A DNA stretch of 64,000 nucleotides from Bdellovibrionota bacterium. GTDB lineage: Bacteria; Bdellovibrionota_C; UBA2361; OMII01. A program made the translations under genes and the position numbers. Below, piece after piece: positions 28,400 to 38,194 of the stretch. The stretch lies in assembly GCA_044356215.1 (NCBI GenBank), contig JBIKWQ010000007.1, forward strand, positions 77 through 64,076, in the 5' to 3' direction. The notes beneath the pieces were generated by a model. It searched no databases, was not told the DNA's origin, and saw only the letters and a program-made list of their open reading frames with translations. Every line of letters starts with the position of its first letter. Within the stretch, counting starts at the first letter, position 1.

Positions 28400-30394
28400 T
28401 TATCCCAACTTCATGACAATAACGGCTCGCGCCTGATTCTCAAAAAAATCCAAACTCGCCGGGTTACTCAGGGCGGCTCGATTACCAGGCTCTTTACCGG
28501 CAAGTATACGTTTAACTGGTATCTCAGCAAGCTTATTGTTGGCTGTTCTAGGAAGCTCGGGGGCCTGCAGCACTAAAGCAGGCACGTAGAATCGATTCGC
28601 GCGCCCTAATCGGTCGACTATAGTTGATTCAATTACACTGTTGAGCTGGCACCCCCCGCGCAGAACAACAAAGAGAATTAGTAGTTCGATTGCTTCGTTC
28701 GGTGGCGTGTAACCTACAACCATGGACTCTTCTAAGGCGGGGATCGCCGACAGTGCGCTGTATATGTCAGATGTCGCGATTCGAACGCCACCCGGCTTTA
28801 ACGTCGCGTCAGATCTCCCCCGAAAGAAAAGGGCGCCATCGCCACGCTCCTCGACGACATCACCATGTCTCCAGACGGACGGGTACTGATCATAATAAGC
28901 GGATCTGTAAAGAGTACCATTATCGTCGTCTAGAAATTTTATTGGCATCGAAGGGGCTGGTGCCACGCACACTAATTCGCCCTCTTGATCGATGACAGAT
29001 TTTCCACCGGAGTCGTACACCCGCACATCGTATCCAAGGCTCTTGCACTGAATTGCTCCACGAATTACGGGTTTAAGTGGACAACCTAACGCGAAGCATC
29101 CGAGTATATCAGTCCCCCCGGAGATGCTCTGAATCCACAGTCTTTTTATATTCATGAGCACGTAATCAAATTGCCTTGGAAAAAGCGTTGAGCCGGTGGA
29201 GAGAACGGCTCGCAATGAATTCAAGTTAAAGCGCGAGTTGGGCTTCACGCCCCTTTTCTCAACTGCGTTCAAGTAGGCGGCGCTTGTTCCAAAATGAGTA
29301 ACCCGCTCCTCGTCCGCCATGCGCCACATAATATTTCCATCCTCTCGCATCGGATCGCCATCATACAGAGCTAGGGTCGCCTGACATCCGAGCCCACTCG
29401 CGAGCCAATTCCACATCATCCAGCTCGTCGATGTTTGATACTGCACGACATCACCGGCTCGTACATCGCTATGTAACGTCATCTCCTTCATATGTTCGAG
29501 CAATGTCCCTCCGGCGGAATGAATTATTGCCTTCGGCTCTCCGGTAGTTCCCGATGAAAACATGATGTAAAGCGGGTGTGAGAAGGGGAAACGCTTAAAC
29601 GAGATTGGTAGCGTCGGCGGAGAAGAAACTATTTGCCGGTAATCAAACACAAAATCACGCGACTCGGCTATTGCGCCGGCACGGGCCCCTCCTCCGAGAT
29701 AATCGACCAAAATCACATACTCGATACTTGGCGCTGCTCGAATTAATTCCTCGATTAAGGAATCCACGCGGATCTCCTCGCCTCGCCACAAGTATGACGC
29801 GCAAGCAATCAGGACTTTGGGACGAACTCTCTTTATCCTTGAGATAAGCCCATCAAACTGAAACTCGGTTCCACAGCTAGACCAAGTGGCTCCTAAAGAC
29901 GAGGCCGCCAGCATAGCTGCGATCGCCTCTGGGATATTGGGTAAATACCCAAAAAGTTTATCGCCAGGCTCGATCCCAAAGCTAATCAGCGCTTTCCTCA
30001 ATCCAGCGACGTGTTGGTGTAGGTCATCCCATGAAAATACTCTTCTAATTTGGCTCTCGCTCCATGAAACGATAGCCGGTTCGGGGCCCATTTTGCGCAA
30101 AAGATTCTCGCAGAAATTGAGCCTCAAATTGGGGAACCAAGCGCGGGCCAGCGGGACATCGATCTCAGAGGCTTGAAAGATGGGAGATAAGCTGCCATCC
30201 GAAATTACTCCGAGAAATTCAACTAAATCACCCCAAAACCTATCCGGCTCTCGCACCGACCAATCATAAAGCGCTTCATAATCCGGGAATTTGCCGTGCC
30301 CCCGCTCCTCCATAGCTCGCATGAACTTATAAAGCTCGCATCGCGAAATTGATTCAGCCGAGGGGGTCCAAACAATCTCGTCCGCTGTCGTCAT
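28400..30394 (-). CDS. acetoacetyl-CoA synthetase (acetoacetate-CoA ligase)
   Basis: Adenylate-forming enzyme family with the acetoacetyl-CoA synthetase N-terminal region. 664 aa. Lies upstream of hmgA on the same strand. Confidence 0.8.
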   Translation of the reverse strand: MTTADEIVWTPSAESISRCELYKFMRAMEERGHGKFPDYEALYDWSVREPDRFWGDLVEFLGVISDGSLSPIFQASEIDVPLARAWFPNLRLNFCENLLRKMGPEPAIVSWSESQIRRVFSWDDLHQHVAGLRKALISFGIEPGDKLFGYLPNIPEAIAAMLAASSLGATWSSCGTEFQFDGLISRIKRVRPKVLIACASYLWRGEEIRVDSLIEELIRAAPSIEYVILVDYLGGGARAGAIAESRDFVFDYRQIVSSPPTLPISFKRFPFSHPLYIMFSSGTTGEPKAIIHSAGGTLLEHMKEMTLHSDVRAGDVVQYQTSTSWMMWNWLASGLGCQATLALYDGDPMREDGNIMWRMADEERVTHFGTSAAYLNAVEKRGVKPNSRFNLNSLRAVLSTGSTLFPRQFDYVLMNIKRLWIQSISGGTDILGCFALGCPLKPVIRGAIQCKSLGYDVRVYDSGGKSVIDQEGELVCVAPAPSMPIKFLDDDNGTLYRSAYYDQYPSVWRHGDVVEERGDGALFFRGRSDATLKPGGVRIATSDIYSALSAIPALEESMVVGYTPPNEAIELLILFVVLRGGCQLNSVIESTIVDRLGRANRFYVPALVLQAPELPRTANNKLAEIPVKRILAGKEPGNRAALSNPASLDFFENQARAVIVMKLG

Positions 30395-30571
30395 TTATCC
30401 CTCTTACTATATCCAACTAGTTGCAACCGCATGCCATCAATGGATGAGCTATGAGGTCCCCAATAATCCTAGTGACACGTAGCGTTCAGTGATACAATTT
30501 ATTGTACTAGCTAATGACTTACGGCGGCTAGGTAGTACTTTGAACCTTAGACTGAACTATGGAGCGACCCT

Positions 30572-31456
30572 ATGGAGGAATCTATGGGCCATGCGGTCCT
30601 CGAGGCGCGGACCGTTGAAGAGTGCGTGATTGAACAGAAATGGGAGGAGTATACCTCTGAGGACCATAACACTTGGAGGACCCTTTATTCGCGGCAGATA
30701 AACCTCCTGAAAGATAAAGTATGCGAGGAATACTTAGAGGGTTTGAGAGTGCTACAGCTCGGAGCGGAGGAAGTTCCGGATTATCATCGGATGAACAAAC
30801 ACCTGCGAGCCGCGACTGGCTGGGAGGTGCTAGCGGTACCGGGACTTATCGCTTCAAAACCGTTCTTTACCATGCTCGCTAACAGGCAGTTCCCAGCGGG
30901 AACTTTCATTCGCGCACCCGCGCAGCTCGACTATCTCGAAGAACCAGATATCTTTCACGATGTCTTCGGCCATGTTCCCCTTCTGACTAATCCCGCTTAC
31001 GCTTCATACATGCAGGAGTATGGGAAAGCCGGATTAGATGCTCTCAATCATAAAGGGATTAAGTTTTTAGCTCGCCTTAACTGGTACACGATAGAATTTG
31101 GTCTAATCCGCCGAAACGGGGAGTTTAAGATATACGGCGCTGGAATTATTAGCTCCTTCGGTGAGACAAAATATGTAATCAATGATCCATCCCCAAATTT
31201 CGCTCTATTTGATTTTGAGCGGGTTCTTCGCACTGGCTATTATATCGATGACTTTCAGTCTACATACTTTGTAATTGACGATTTCAACACGCTCTTTGAA
31301 GAGATCGCTAAACAGCCCCTTATTCCACTATTTCAGGAATGCCGAGATAAACCGCCCCTTTCTCCCTTTCGCTTTAGTGACACCGACTGCGTGCTTCGCC
31401 GCGGCACCGAGGAATATACAAGGGATTTTCCAAGGATAAAAACCAAGCTTAAATAA
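30572..31456 (+). CDS. phhA: phenylalanine 4-hydroxylase
   Basis: Aromatic amino-acid hydroxylase catalytic-domain similarity (HDVFGHVPLL, iron ligands). 294 aa. Confidence 0.85.
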   Translation: MEESMGHAVLEARTVEECVIEQKWEEYTSEDHNTWRTLYSRQINLLKDKVCEEYLEGLRVLQLGAEEVPDYHRMNKHLRAATGWEVLAVPGLIASKPFFTMLANRQFPAGTFIRAPAQLDYLEEPDIFHDVFGHVPLLTNPAYASYMQEYGKAGLDALNHKGIKFLARLNWYTIEFGLIRRNGEFKIYGAGIISSFGETKYVINDPSPNFALFDFERVLRTGYYIDDFQSTYFVIDDFNTLFEEIAKQPLIPLFQECRDKPPLSPFRFSDTDCVLRRGTEEYTRDFPRIKTKLK

Positions 31457-31462
31457 TTTGCT

Positions 31463-31807
31463 ATGACTCAACTATTTGACAGGACCTGTATCGATCTTCC
31501 ATCCGGAACTCCACCCCTTGCCGCCAAGGAGATCGAATTGCTCAGAATCGAGATCCCAGATTGGGAGAACCTCGGCGACCAACGAATACGCAGAGTGTTC
31601 GCTTTTAAATCTTATATAGCGGGAGCGGACTGGGCGCGAAATATCGCTGTGATCGCTGAGAATGAGAACCACCATCCCGAGATTCGAATTTTATGGCGTA
31701 AAGTCGTAGTGGAGCTGTGGACGCACACAGTAAAAGGATTAAGTGAAAACGACTTTATCCTCGCAGCTAAATTTGATCGCAATTACTTATATTTTACAAA
31801 ACCCTAG
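31463..31807 (+). CDS. phhB: pterin-4-alpha-carbinolamine dehydratase
   Basis: PCD signature E-x3-HHP (ENENHHPEI). 114 aa. Immediately downstream of phhA. Confidence 0.85.
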   Translation: MTQLFDRTCIDLPSGTPPLAAKEIELLRIEIPDWENLGDQRIRRVFAFKSYIAGADWARNIAVIAENENHHPEIRILWRKVVVELWTHTVKGLSENDFILAAKFDRNYLYFTKP

Positions 31808-31936
31808 CCCTCAAGCTCCGGTCCCTTTTAGCCGAATATATACTGAAGGCAGAGCTCTCCTGGAATTTATACTGTAGGTCTAGGAGATCCTCTTAAAGCG
31901 GTTTTACGCAAAACTACTACTACGAGAAGAACAGCT

Positions 31937-32131
31937 ATGAGCGAAACCAACGAACAGAAACCTCCGCGCCGAAAAGGGATTACCTCACTGACCCTTCAAT
32001 GGATCGCGGAGAAGCTGCGCCGAACGACCAAAATTAAAGAGGAGCTCTCAAACGGGACCTATCAGGTCGACTCCTCAAAGGTCGCCAAAGCGATCGTTAC
32101 TAACAATCACGGTGATTCGGCACGCGAGTAG
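31937..32131 (+). CDS. FlgM-like anti-sigma-28 factor (small, 64 aa)
   Basis: C-terminal FlgM-type motif LSNGTYQVDSSKVAKAIV. Confidence 0.4.
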   Translation: MSETNEQKPPRRKGITSLTLQWIAEKLRRTTKIKEELSNGTYQVDSSKVAKAIVTNNHGDSARE

Positions 32132-32258
32132 GGCTCGTTCAGCGGGGCACAATACGCAGTCACTTTTATAAAGGCGTTTGCAAAAAGCCCCCTTATCACG
32201 GCTAATTTGCTCATTAACCGCACTCCTAAAGTAAGACCAATCATCGTAGTATTACGTC

Positions 32259-34220
32259 ATGGCTTCACGCGCGCATTCACAGAACATCACCCCTGCCGGT
32301 CTACTTGTGGCCTTAGGTATCATCTACGGCGATATCGGCACATCGCCACTATACGTACTTAAAGCCGTCGCGGGTACCGAGGCTATCTCTGAGGAGCTCG
32401 TACTGGGAGCTCTCTCGTGTATCTTCTGGACCCTTACTCTCCTAACTACTTTTAAGTATGTGTTACTAACCTTACGGGCTGATAACCGTGGTGAGGGTGG
32501 TATCTTTGCTCTCTATGCCTTGGTGAGAAAAAATGCCCGCTGGCTTCTTATTCCCGGAATCATCGGTGGAAGCGCTTTGCTAGCCGATGGAATAATCACA
32601 CCACCTATCTCTGTGTCATCAGCGGTTGAGGGATTAAGGAAGATATATCCTGAGATCCCTACAGTTCCTATCGTTCTCTTTATCATCACCGCTCTTTTCT
32701 CAGTTCAACACTTTGGAACTAGAGCTGTCGGCCGCTCTTTTGGACCAATCATGCTCGGATGGTTCTCGATGCTATCTATTCTCGGCTTGTGGTGGATCTC
32801 GTCGAATCCTTCAATTATTAAAGCTCTAAATCCTGCTCACGCTCTGCAACTCCTATTTTTTCACGAGAACGGTTTCTGGGTATTAGGCGCCGTTTTCCTC
32901 TGTACCACTGGAGCGGAAGCTCTCTACTCAGATCTTGGGCACTGCGGTCGGGGAAACATCCAAGTCTCGTGGGGCTTTGTTAAAATAGCTCTGATACTAA
33001 ACTACCTGGGCCAAGGCGCTTGGATGCTTACCCATTCAGGAGAGCTACTCGGCGACCGGAACCCGTTCTTTGAGGTAATGCCCCCGTGGTTTCTCATTCC
33101 GGGGATTGTTATCGCCACTCTAGCGACGATTATCGCCAGCCAAGCGTTGATTAGCGGCTCATTTACGCTAGCCACGGAAGCCATGCGATTATCGGTCGTC
33201 CCAAAAGCAAAGGTTGTATATCCATCTGAGTTAAAGGGACAGATCTACGTTCCGGCGGTGAATCTCCTACTCTTCATCGGTTGCGTTTTAGTGGTGCTCT
33301 ACTTCAGAGAGTCCTCGAACATGGAGGCGGCTTATGGGCTGGCTATCACTTTAACGATGCTCATGACGACGATACTTTTCTCGAACTTTCTCAGCAGGAA
33401 GCGGGTTCACTGGTTCCTAATCGGCATATATCTAGTGCTTTACCTCTCGATCGAGGGAAGCTTCCTTTTCGCTAATCTTTTAAAGTTTAGCCACGGCGGG
33501 TGGTTCACTTTGCTAATCGGAAGCTTAGTAGCGGCGGTAATGTTTATCTGGAACTCAGGCTCACGCTTAAAGATGGCCTACACTGATTATGAGTCACTGC
33601 CGCAACATCTACCGGCTCTAGAGGCTCTTAGCGGTGACACCTCAGTTCCGAAGTACGCGACACACCTCGTGTACATGACCGGAGCGCCGTTTCCTAAATT
33701 GATTGAAAGTAAGATCGTCTATTCTCTATTTCACGTTCATCCCAAGCGCGCCGATGTCTACTGGTTCCTGCATGTGAACGTATTAGACGTTCCTTACACC
33801 ACAGAATATGAAGTAACGACTTTGATACCTAAAAAGGTTTTCAGAATAGATTTTAATTTAGGGTTCCGCGTCGAGCCGCGTGTGCACCTTTTCTTTAAAA
33901 AGGTGATCGAGGATCTCGCCAAGAATGGAGAAGTTGATCAGTTAAGTCGTTACGACTCTCTAAGGGCTAACAGCATAGCCGGTGATGTGCGCTTTGTGGT
34001 GCTCCACAAAGAGCTCTCGCACGAGAGCGACCTGCACTGGTCTGATCGCTTAACAATGGAAGGGTATTTCCTATTACGCAAAGTGAGTTTGTCCGAAGAG
34101 AGCAGCTTCGGGTTAGACACGAGCGCTGTAACAAAAGAGATAGTTCCGCTGGTTTTATCTCCCGCTAAAGATTTTCAACTAACTAGAGTGGATGACCAAC
34201 AGATTCATGTAAGGGTGTGA
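32259..34220 (+). CDS. kup: KUP/HAK/KT-family potassium uptake protein
   Basis: Full-length Kup similarity: N-terminal GDIGTSPLY, 12 TM segments and a C-terminal cytoplasmic domain. 653 aa. Confidence 0.9.
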   Translation: MASRAHSQNITPAGLLVALGIIYGDIGTSPLYVLKAVAGTEAISEELVLGALSCIFWTLTLLTTFKYVLLTLRADNRGEGGIFALYALVRKNARWLLIPGIIGGSALLADGIITPPISVSSAVEGLRKIYPEIPTVPIVLFIITALFSVQHFGTRAVGRSFGPIMLGWFSMLSILGLWWISSNPSIIKALNPAHALQLLFFHENGFWVLGAVFLCTTGAEALYSDLGHCGRGNIQVSWGFVKIALILNYLGQGAWMLTHSGELLGDRNPFFEVMPPWFLIPGIVIATLATIIASQALISGSFTLATEAMRLSVVPKAKVVYPSELKGQIYVPAVNLLLFIGCVLVVLYFRESSNMEAAYGLAITLTMLMTTILFSNFLSRKRVHWFLIGIYLVLYLSIEGSFLFANLLKFSHGGWFTLLIGSLVAAVMFIWNSGSRLKMAYTDYESLPQHLPALEALSGDTSVPKYATHLVYMTGAPFPKLIESKIVYSLFHVHPKRADVYWFLHVNVLDVPYTTEYEVTTLIPKKVFRIDFNLGFRVEPRVHLFFKKVIEDLAKNGEVDQLSRYDSLRANSIAGDVRFVVLHKELSHESDLHWSDRLTMEGYFLLRKVSLSEESSFGLDTSAVTKEIVPLVLSPAKDFQLTRVDDQQIHVRV

Positions 34221-34250
34221 GTTTTAAACAAAGAGGCCAGAGGAAACTAT

Positions 34251-34317
34251 CCTCGCCGCTCTCTTTGTACAAAAAAATCTGCCGCGGCTTTTTATTTAAA
34301 CAAAGAGAGCAGCGAGG
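34251..34317. terminator. nested palindrome between the convergent kup and the LolA-like gene. Outer 17-bp stem, with an inner GCCGCGGC flanked by an A-run and a T-run on both strands. Putative bidirectional terminator.
   Basis: CCTCGCCGCTCTCTTTG...CAAAGAGAGCAGCGAGG. Inner AAAAAAATCTGCCGCGGCTTTTTATTT. Confidence 0.4.
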
Positions 34318-34350
34318 CCGGACAAAGATATAGTCAGGCCCCTAATACCC

Positions 34351-35133
34351 CTAACACCCCTCACGCCCATACCCAGCCGGCACAGGAACATCAAATAGAT
34401 CATCAGCTATCTCGCGATTCTTAGTGAGCCTCACCACCTGTAGCTCCGCGCTGGCTCTCGCTGGTTTGTAGATCTGAAAAACAATCTCCGGCAGGTCGCC
34501 TACTATTCGGCGGTCGGCTGTAGCTACAACTTTCTCTCCGCTACTATCTAGCAGCCTCGCGGCTAACAACTCCCCGGTTCCCTCAGAAACCTCCCACGCG
34601 ACTCGAGCGGATTTATCAACAAAGAGCGCCCTACCCGAATCGATCTGGTGTGTTGTTACCCTCTCGCAGATAAGAGCTGGGATCTCTCCTACTACTAACG
34701 CTTTCACAACTTCTGGCGTAATCCCCTCTAAACCCAGAGTTCGTTCAAGAACCTGACTAGGCGAACACCCCTCAATCGCTTTTTTGCTCTGTGTATCGAT
34801 TACCAAGGCTCGCCCCTCGTTTACCGTAACAAGTGCCAAGGTAAAGGCTCCCTCATTCGGCAAAACATCCACTCGCAAACGATCATTCCCCTTGCCTATT
34901 ACGGCGTACCGAAACGAGATCTTCTCTTTATCCGGGCCGACAACTTCGGCGTTTATTAGAGATCTAAAAGATGCCACCGAACCGCGAGCCGCGCTTACAG
35001 ACCTACAGAGCTCGCCTTCTCTTATAGGATCAAGACGCGCTCCAGGATTAAATGGTGGCGCGCTGGCGCATCCGGCTAACAGTACAAGTAATGGAACAAC
35101 GAGCGAAAAAAAAACTGCTGGGTAGCGGCTCAT
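34351..35133 (-). CDS. lipoprotein, LolA/LolB-like (outer-membrane lipoprotein-sorting fold)
   Basis: Lipobox LLAGCAS. Size and predicted beta-rich character are consistent with LolA/LolB-like proteins. Overlaps the upstream TPR gene by 4 bp (ATGA). Confidence 0.45.
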   Translation of the reverse strand: MSRYPAVFFSLVVPLLVLLAGCASAPPFNPGARLDPIREGELCRSVSAARGSVASFRSLINAEVVGPDKEKISFRYAVIGKGNDRLRVDVLPNEGAFTLALVTVNEGRALVIDTQSKKAIEGCSPSQVLERTLGLEGITPEVVKALVVGEIPALICERVTTHQIDSGRALFVDKSARVAWEVSEGTGELLAARLLDSSGEKVVATADRRIVGDLPEIVFQIYKPARASAELQVVRLTKNREIADDLFDVPVPAGYGREGC

Positions 35134-37082
35134 CTTGTCACCTCAGAGATCTCTAATTTATCACCTGAATCATCGAGGAGATCTAATCCCGGCAGAGCTA
35201 AAGATACACTCTGCTGCGGCAATGGCTTCAAGAGGCGAGATTTATCAACTCCACTTAGCTCCGGATGATTCTTTAAAAGCAGCTGAAGCTTATCTTTTAA
35301 TCTCTTTAGCGCGCTTACCTTATCTTTATCGCGCAGATCCTCTCCAAGGAGCTCCAGATCAGCGATCGACTTTAGCAAACTGATCACCTCACGCTCTTTA
35401 CCCTGGGCGAGCAGAACCTCCACGTAGTGCTCAATAATGACCGGGTCTTGGCCGGTACTGGCCACGGCGCGAGAAAGAGTCTCTTCTGCCAATTTCAAAT
35501 CACCTCTCTTAAACTGAACAAAACCGAGCGTGTCGAGATAGTAACCATCACCTGACTTGATCTCGAGGGCTCGCCTCGCCAACTCCTCGGCGCGCTTTAG
35601 ATCTCCACCGCTCTCAGCGTGCGCGTAGGCTACAAAGTTTAGCGCGTCTGAGTTTTTTGGATTAACCTCAACGATTCTCTCCATTAACTTAAGAGCTTCA
35701 GCCTCGTTTCCACGCTCGTGCAGAACGACCGCCAGGTTAAATTGAACTCGCTCATCATTTGGATACACCTCCAGCGCCTGACGCAGTTTTTTTTCAGCCT
35801 GTTTATAGTTGCCCATATCTCGCGAGATCAGGACACTATAGAGGGTTAAATTTAAATTATCAGGCTCCGCCTCAAGAGCTTGATCAACCGACTCAAGGGC
35901 TCCGTCTAGATCATCTTGCTGACGGTATACATACGCCGCGAATGTGCGCGCCTTAACATACATCGGGCTATCACGTTCGATCGCCGCCAACTCCTCTATC
36001 GCCTCTTTCCTCTTTCCAGATCCAGCGTACAAAGAAGCCAAATAGTATCGCGCCTCTGCGTGTTTTGGATTTTTGGCTAGCACCAGAGAGAGCTCACGAA
36101 TCGCCTCACGGTAGTTCTGCTTCTCAATCTGAATCAACGCCACCTTGAAGCGGGTTTCAGATGGATCCTCCTCAATCGACTCAAGCGCGGTAAGGTGCGC
36201 CAACGCGTCATCGAATTTATTCTCTCCGATCATTATGTGACTTAGAACCTTACGAGCCAACTCGTTGTTGGGATCCTGACTTATTATCTTATCGCAGACC
36301 CTTTTAATCTTCGCTGTCTTCTCTTGCCTGACCAAAACTCTAAGCAACTCTGTAGCACCATTAGTTGCGTTGGGATCCCGATCAAATACCCAGCGATACT
36401 CAGTCTCCGCCTTATCCAGTTTGCCTCGCGCCTCGTAAACTTTACCGAGATAAAAGTGACCAGCGGGCTCATTCGGTTGATTCCTTGCCAGTGTTAAGAG
36501 AACTTCCGTAGCGCGATCAAAATTCTTCTCCTTCATGTAAAGATTAGAAAGTAACAGATATCCATCGATCTTCGCTGGATACTCGTTAACCAACGCTTTG
36601 TAGATCGGCTCAGCTTCTCTGTCTCTTCCCAACGCCTCAAGCACTCCAGCGTACAACATCCTCACATACGGCTCTGATGGACTTTGCTCTAGAGCCTGCT
36701 TCGCGGCCCGCTCGGCTTTATCAAGCTCTCCGAAGCGCAGGTAAAGATCCGCCATCTTTGAATAGACCAATGGGTCCGGCTCACCGGCTAATTTCGCTGC
36801 TCTCTCAAAGTGTTTTAGCGCCCCTTGATAATCCTCGGATCCAAGTGATAGCTGCCCAACTAAAAAATTGTGAATAGCTTCTGAGTCGCGCTCAGCGTTG
36901 ACCTCAAAGTTGCCCTTCCTCGCGTTGGCCACATCGGTAGCCACTGTATTTACCGAGATATCCTCCTGACCGCTAATGAGCGATCTGGAACTTAAACTCG
37001 AACAGCCAGAGAAGCTGACCGCGACTAAAACGCATCCACTGACAACTGAGCTTCGGAGACGAACTACATTACTTTCAGCCAT
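35130..37082 (-). CDS. tetratricopeptide-repeat (TPR) protein, periplasmic or lipoprotein
   Basis: Signal/lipobox followed by more than 10 TPR-like repeats. 650 aa. Confidence 0.75.
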   Translation of the reverse strand: MAESNVVRLRSSVVSGCVLVAVSFSGCSSLSSRSLISGQEDISVNTVATDVANARKGNFEVNAERDSEAIHNFLVGQLSLGSEDYQGALKHFERAAKLAGEPDPLVYSKMADLYLRFGELDKAERAAKQALEQSPSEPYVRMLYAGVLEALGRDREAEPIYKALVNEYPAKIDGYLLLSNLYMKEKNFDRATEVLLTLARNQPNEPAGHFYLGKVYEARGKLDKAETEYRWVFDRDPNATNGATELLRVLVRQEKTAKIKRVCDKIISQDPNNELARKVLSHIMIGENKFDDALAHLTALESIEEDPSETRFKVALIQIEKQNYREAIRELSLVLAKNPKHAEARYYLASLYAGSGKRKEAIEELAAIERDSPMYVKARTFAAYVYRQQDDLDGALESVDQALEAEPDNLNLTLYSVLISRDMGNYKQAEKKLRQALEVYPNDERVQFNLAVVLHERGNEAEALKLMERIVEVNPKNSDALNFVAYAHAESGGDLKRAEELARRALEIKSGDGYYLDTLGFVQFKRGDLKLAEETLSRAVASTGQDPVIIEHYVEVLLAQGKEREVISLLKSIADLELLGEDLRDKDKVSALKRLKDKLQLLLKNHPELSGVDKSRLLKPLPQQSVSLALPGLDLLDDSGDKLEISEVTR

Positions 37083-37261
37083 GAATAGTGGAGACCCCTA
37101 AAGAGAAATACGACCTCCGTCTAGGCTCCTCTAAAAGAGACTAGAGCGCTAACACAAAAAGTATCGGCATGAGTCTAATATGAGGGGAATAAAGTAAACC
37201 AGCTAAAGCATTTGTCTCACGGTCGGCTATAAGCGCCGCAAGATTTCCTAGCTATTTAGCA

Positions 37262-37335
37262 TGGTTCGCCCGCAAGGACTCGAACCTCGATTTTCAGGGT
37301 CAGAACCTGACGTGCTGCCATTGCACCACGGGCGA
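37262..37335 (-). tRNA. tRNA-Gln (anticodon CUG)
   Basis: Manual fold. Acceptor TCGCCCG/CGGGCGA, D-stem GTGC/GCAC, anticodon stem TCAGG/CCTGA with loop TTCTGAC, T-arm CGAGG-TTCGAGT-CCTTG, and an encoded CCA. Confidence 0.85.
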
Positions 37336-37398
37336 ATACATAAAGCCCCGTTACTGTAGCACGGCCAGCGCAGGGGTTCAAATCCCGGCGCTCTAGCC

Positions 37399-37561
37399 TA
37401 GAGCGTTGCAGTTCTTTATCACCACAGGGGACGCAGAGGACACAGAGAATAGGCCATTTTATTGGCAATTATGGAGTTTTCTCTGTGTCCTCTGCGTCCT
37501 CTGTGGTAAAAATACTTCATTAATTATCCCAGCAGCTTACCAAAAACACTGCAACGCCCTA
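37399..37561. repeat. MITE-like repeat, family A, copy A3 (163 bp, inverted orientation)
   Basis: TAGAGCGTTGCAG...CTGCAACGCCCTA termini. Flanked by a perfect 9-bp direct repeat GCTCTAGCC at 37390-37398 and 37562-37570. Lies about 63 bp upstream of the tRNA-Gln 5' end. Confidence 0.8.
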
Positions 37562-37659
37562 GCTCTAGCCTTGACCCTTATCTGATAACGGTAGCTTGCC
37601 GGAGGATAGGAGGCCATCCCTTAAAAAAACAAGCTTATCGCAAAATCGATTGGGCAAAA

Positions 37660-37975
37660 GGTCAATCCCTAAATAGGCTTTACACGTAAACGTGCTCGTG
37701 CTCGTGAACGGCACCCCGTATAACGTCGATGTGCACGTTTAACGTGTTTCGTGCACGAGCAGGAGCACGACAGTCGTTAGGGCGTGGCAGTTCTTTATCA
37801 CCACAGAGGACGCAGAGGACACAGAGAACGGCCATTTTTTGGGCAATTATGGGGTTCTCTCTGTGTCCTCTGCGTCCTCTGTGGTAAAAATATTTTACTA
37901 ATTATCACAACAGCTTACCAAAAACATCGCGACGCCCTGGACAGACGTTTACAGGCACGAGCATGCAAACGTGGA
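37660..37975. repeat. MITE-like repeat, family B, copy B1, interrupted by family-A copy A4
   Basis: Starts GGTCAATCCCTAAATAGGCTTTACA, as in B2. Internal inverted repeats CGTGCTCGTGCTCGTGAACG / CGTGCACGAGCAGGAGCACGA. The continuation after A4 (ACGTTTACAGGCACGAGCATGCAAACGTGG) matches the B2 right half. Confidence 0.6.
37779..37939. repeat. MITE-like repeat, family A, copy A4 (about 161 bp), inserted inside family-B copy B1
   Basis: AGGGCGTGGCAG...CGCGACGCCCT termini. Flanked by GACAGTCGTT / GACAGACGTT, a 10-bp direct repeat with one mismatch. Confidence 0.8.
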
Positions 37976-38194
37976 AATATTTGATTTATCAGCGAAAAAT
38001 CACGACTTATGACTATCAGCGCTGGTCGCTGTCAGTGATGAGCCTGAAAACAAATGGCACCCAATTGCCAGGGTTATCTTTCCCCCCTCTCTTCATTGCC
38101 CAACTAATACGACAAGTTACAAAATACCATATATTTTGCCCCAACGATTTGCACCAACCCCTAATAAATGATACCTTGCGGGTCTACATTACGT

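Noticed and set aside
32132-32258. A possible c-di-AMP (ydaO-type) riboswitch upstream of kup.
   Set aside because: The region is only about 125 nt and shows none of the conserved paired elements I could recognise. It would need a covariance-model scan to revisit.
37351-37398. A hairpin containing the T-loop-like GGTTCAAATCC, next to tRNA-Gln. It could be a tRNA remnant or second tRNA.
   Set aside because: It cannot be folded into T-arm plus acceptor geometry (only 3 bp of T-stem). There is no matching 5' half upstream.
38052-38070. TGGCAC-CCAA-TTGC upstream of tRNA-Glu, and TGGCAT-GCGG-TTGCA (reverse strand, 30421-30437) upstream of the acetoacetyl-CoA synthetase gene. Both resemble sigma-54 -24/-12 promoters.
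   Set aside because: The spacing between GG and GC is 9 nt in both, not the invariant 10 nt. They are probably chance matches.
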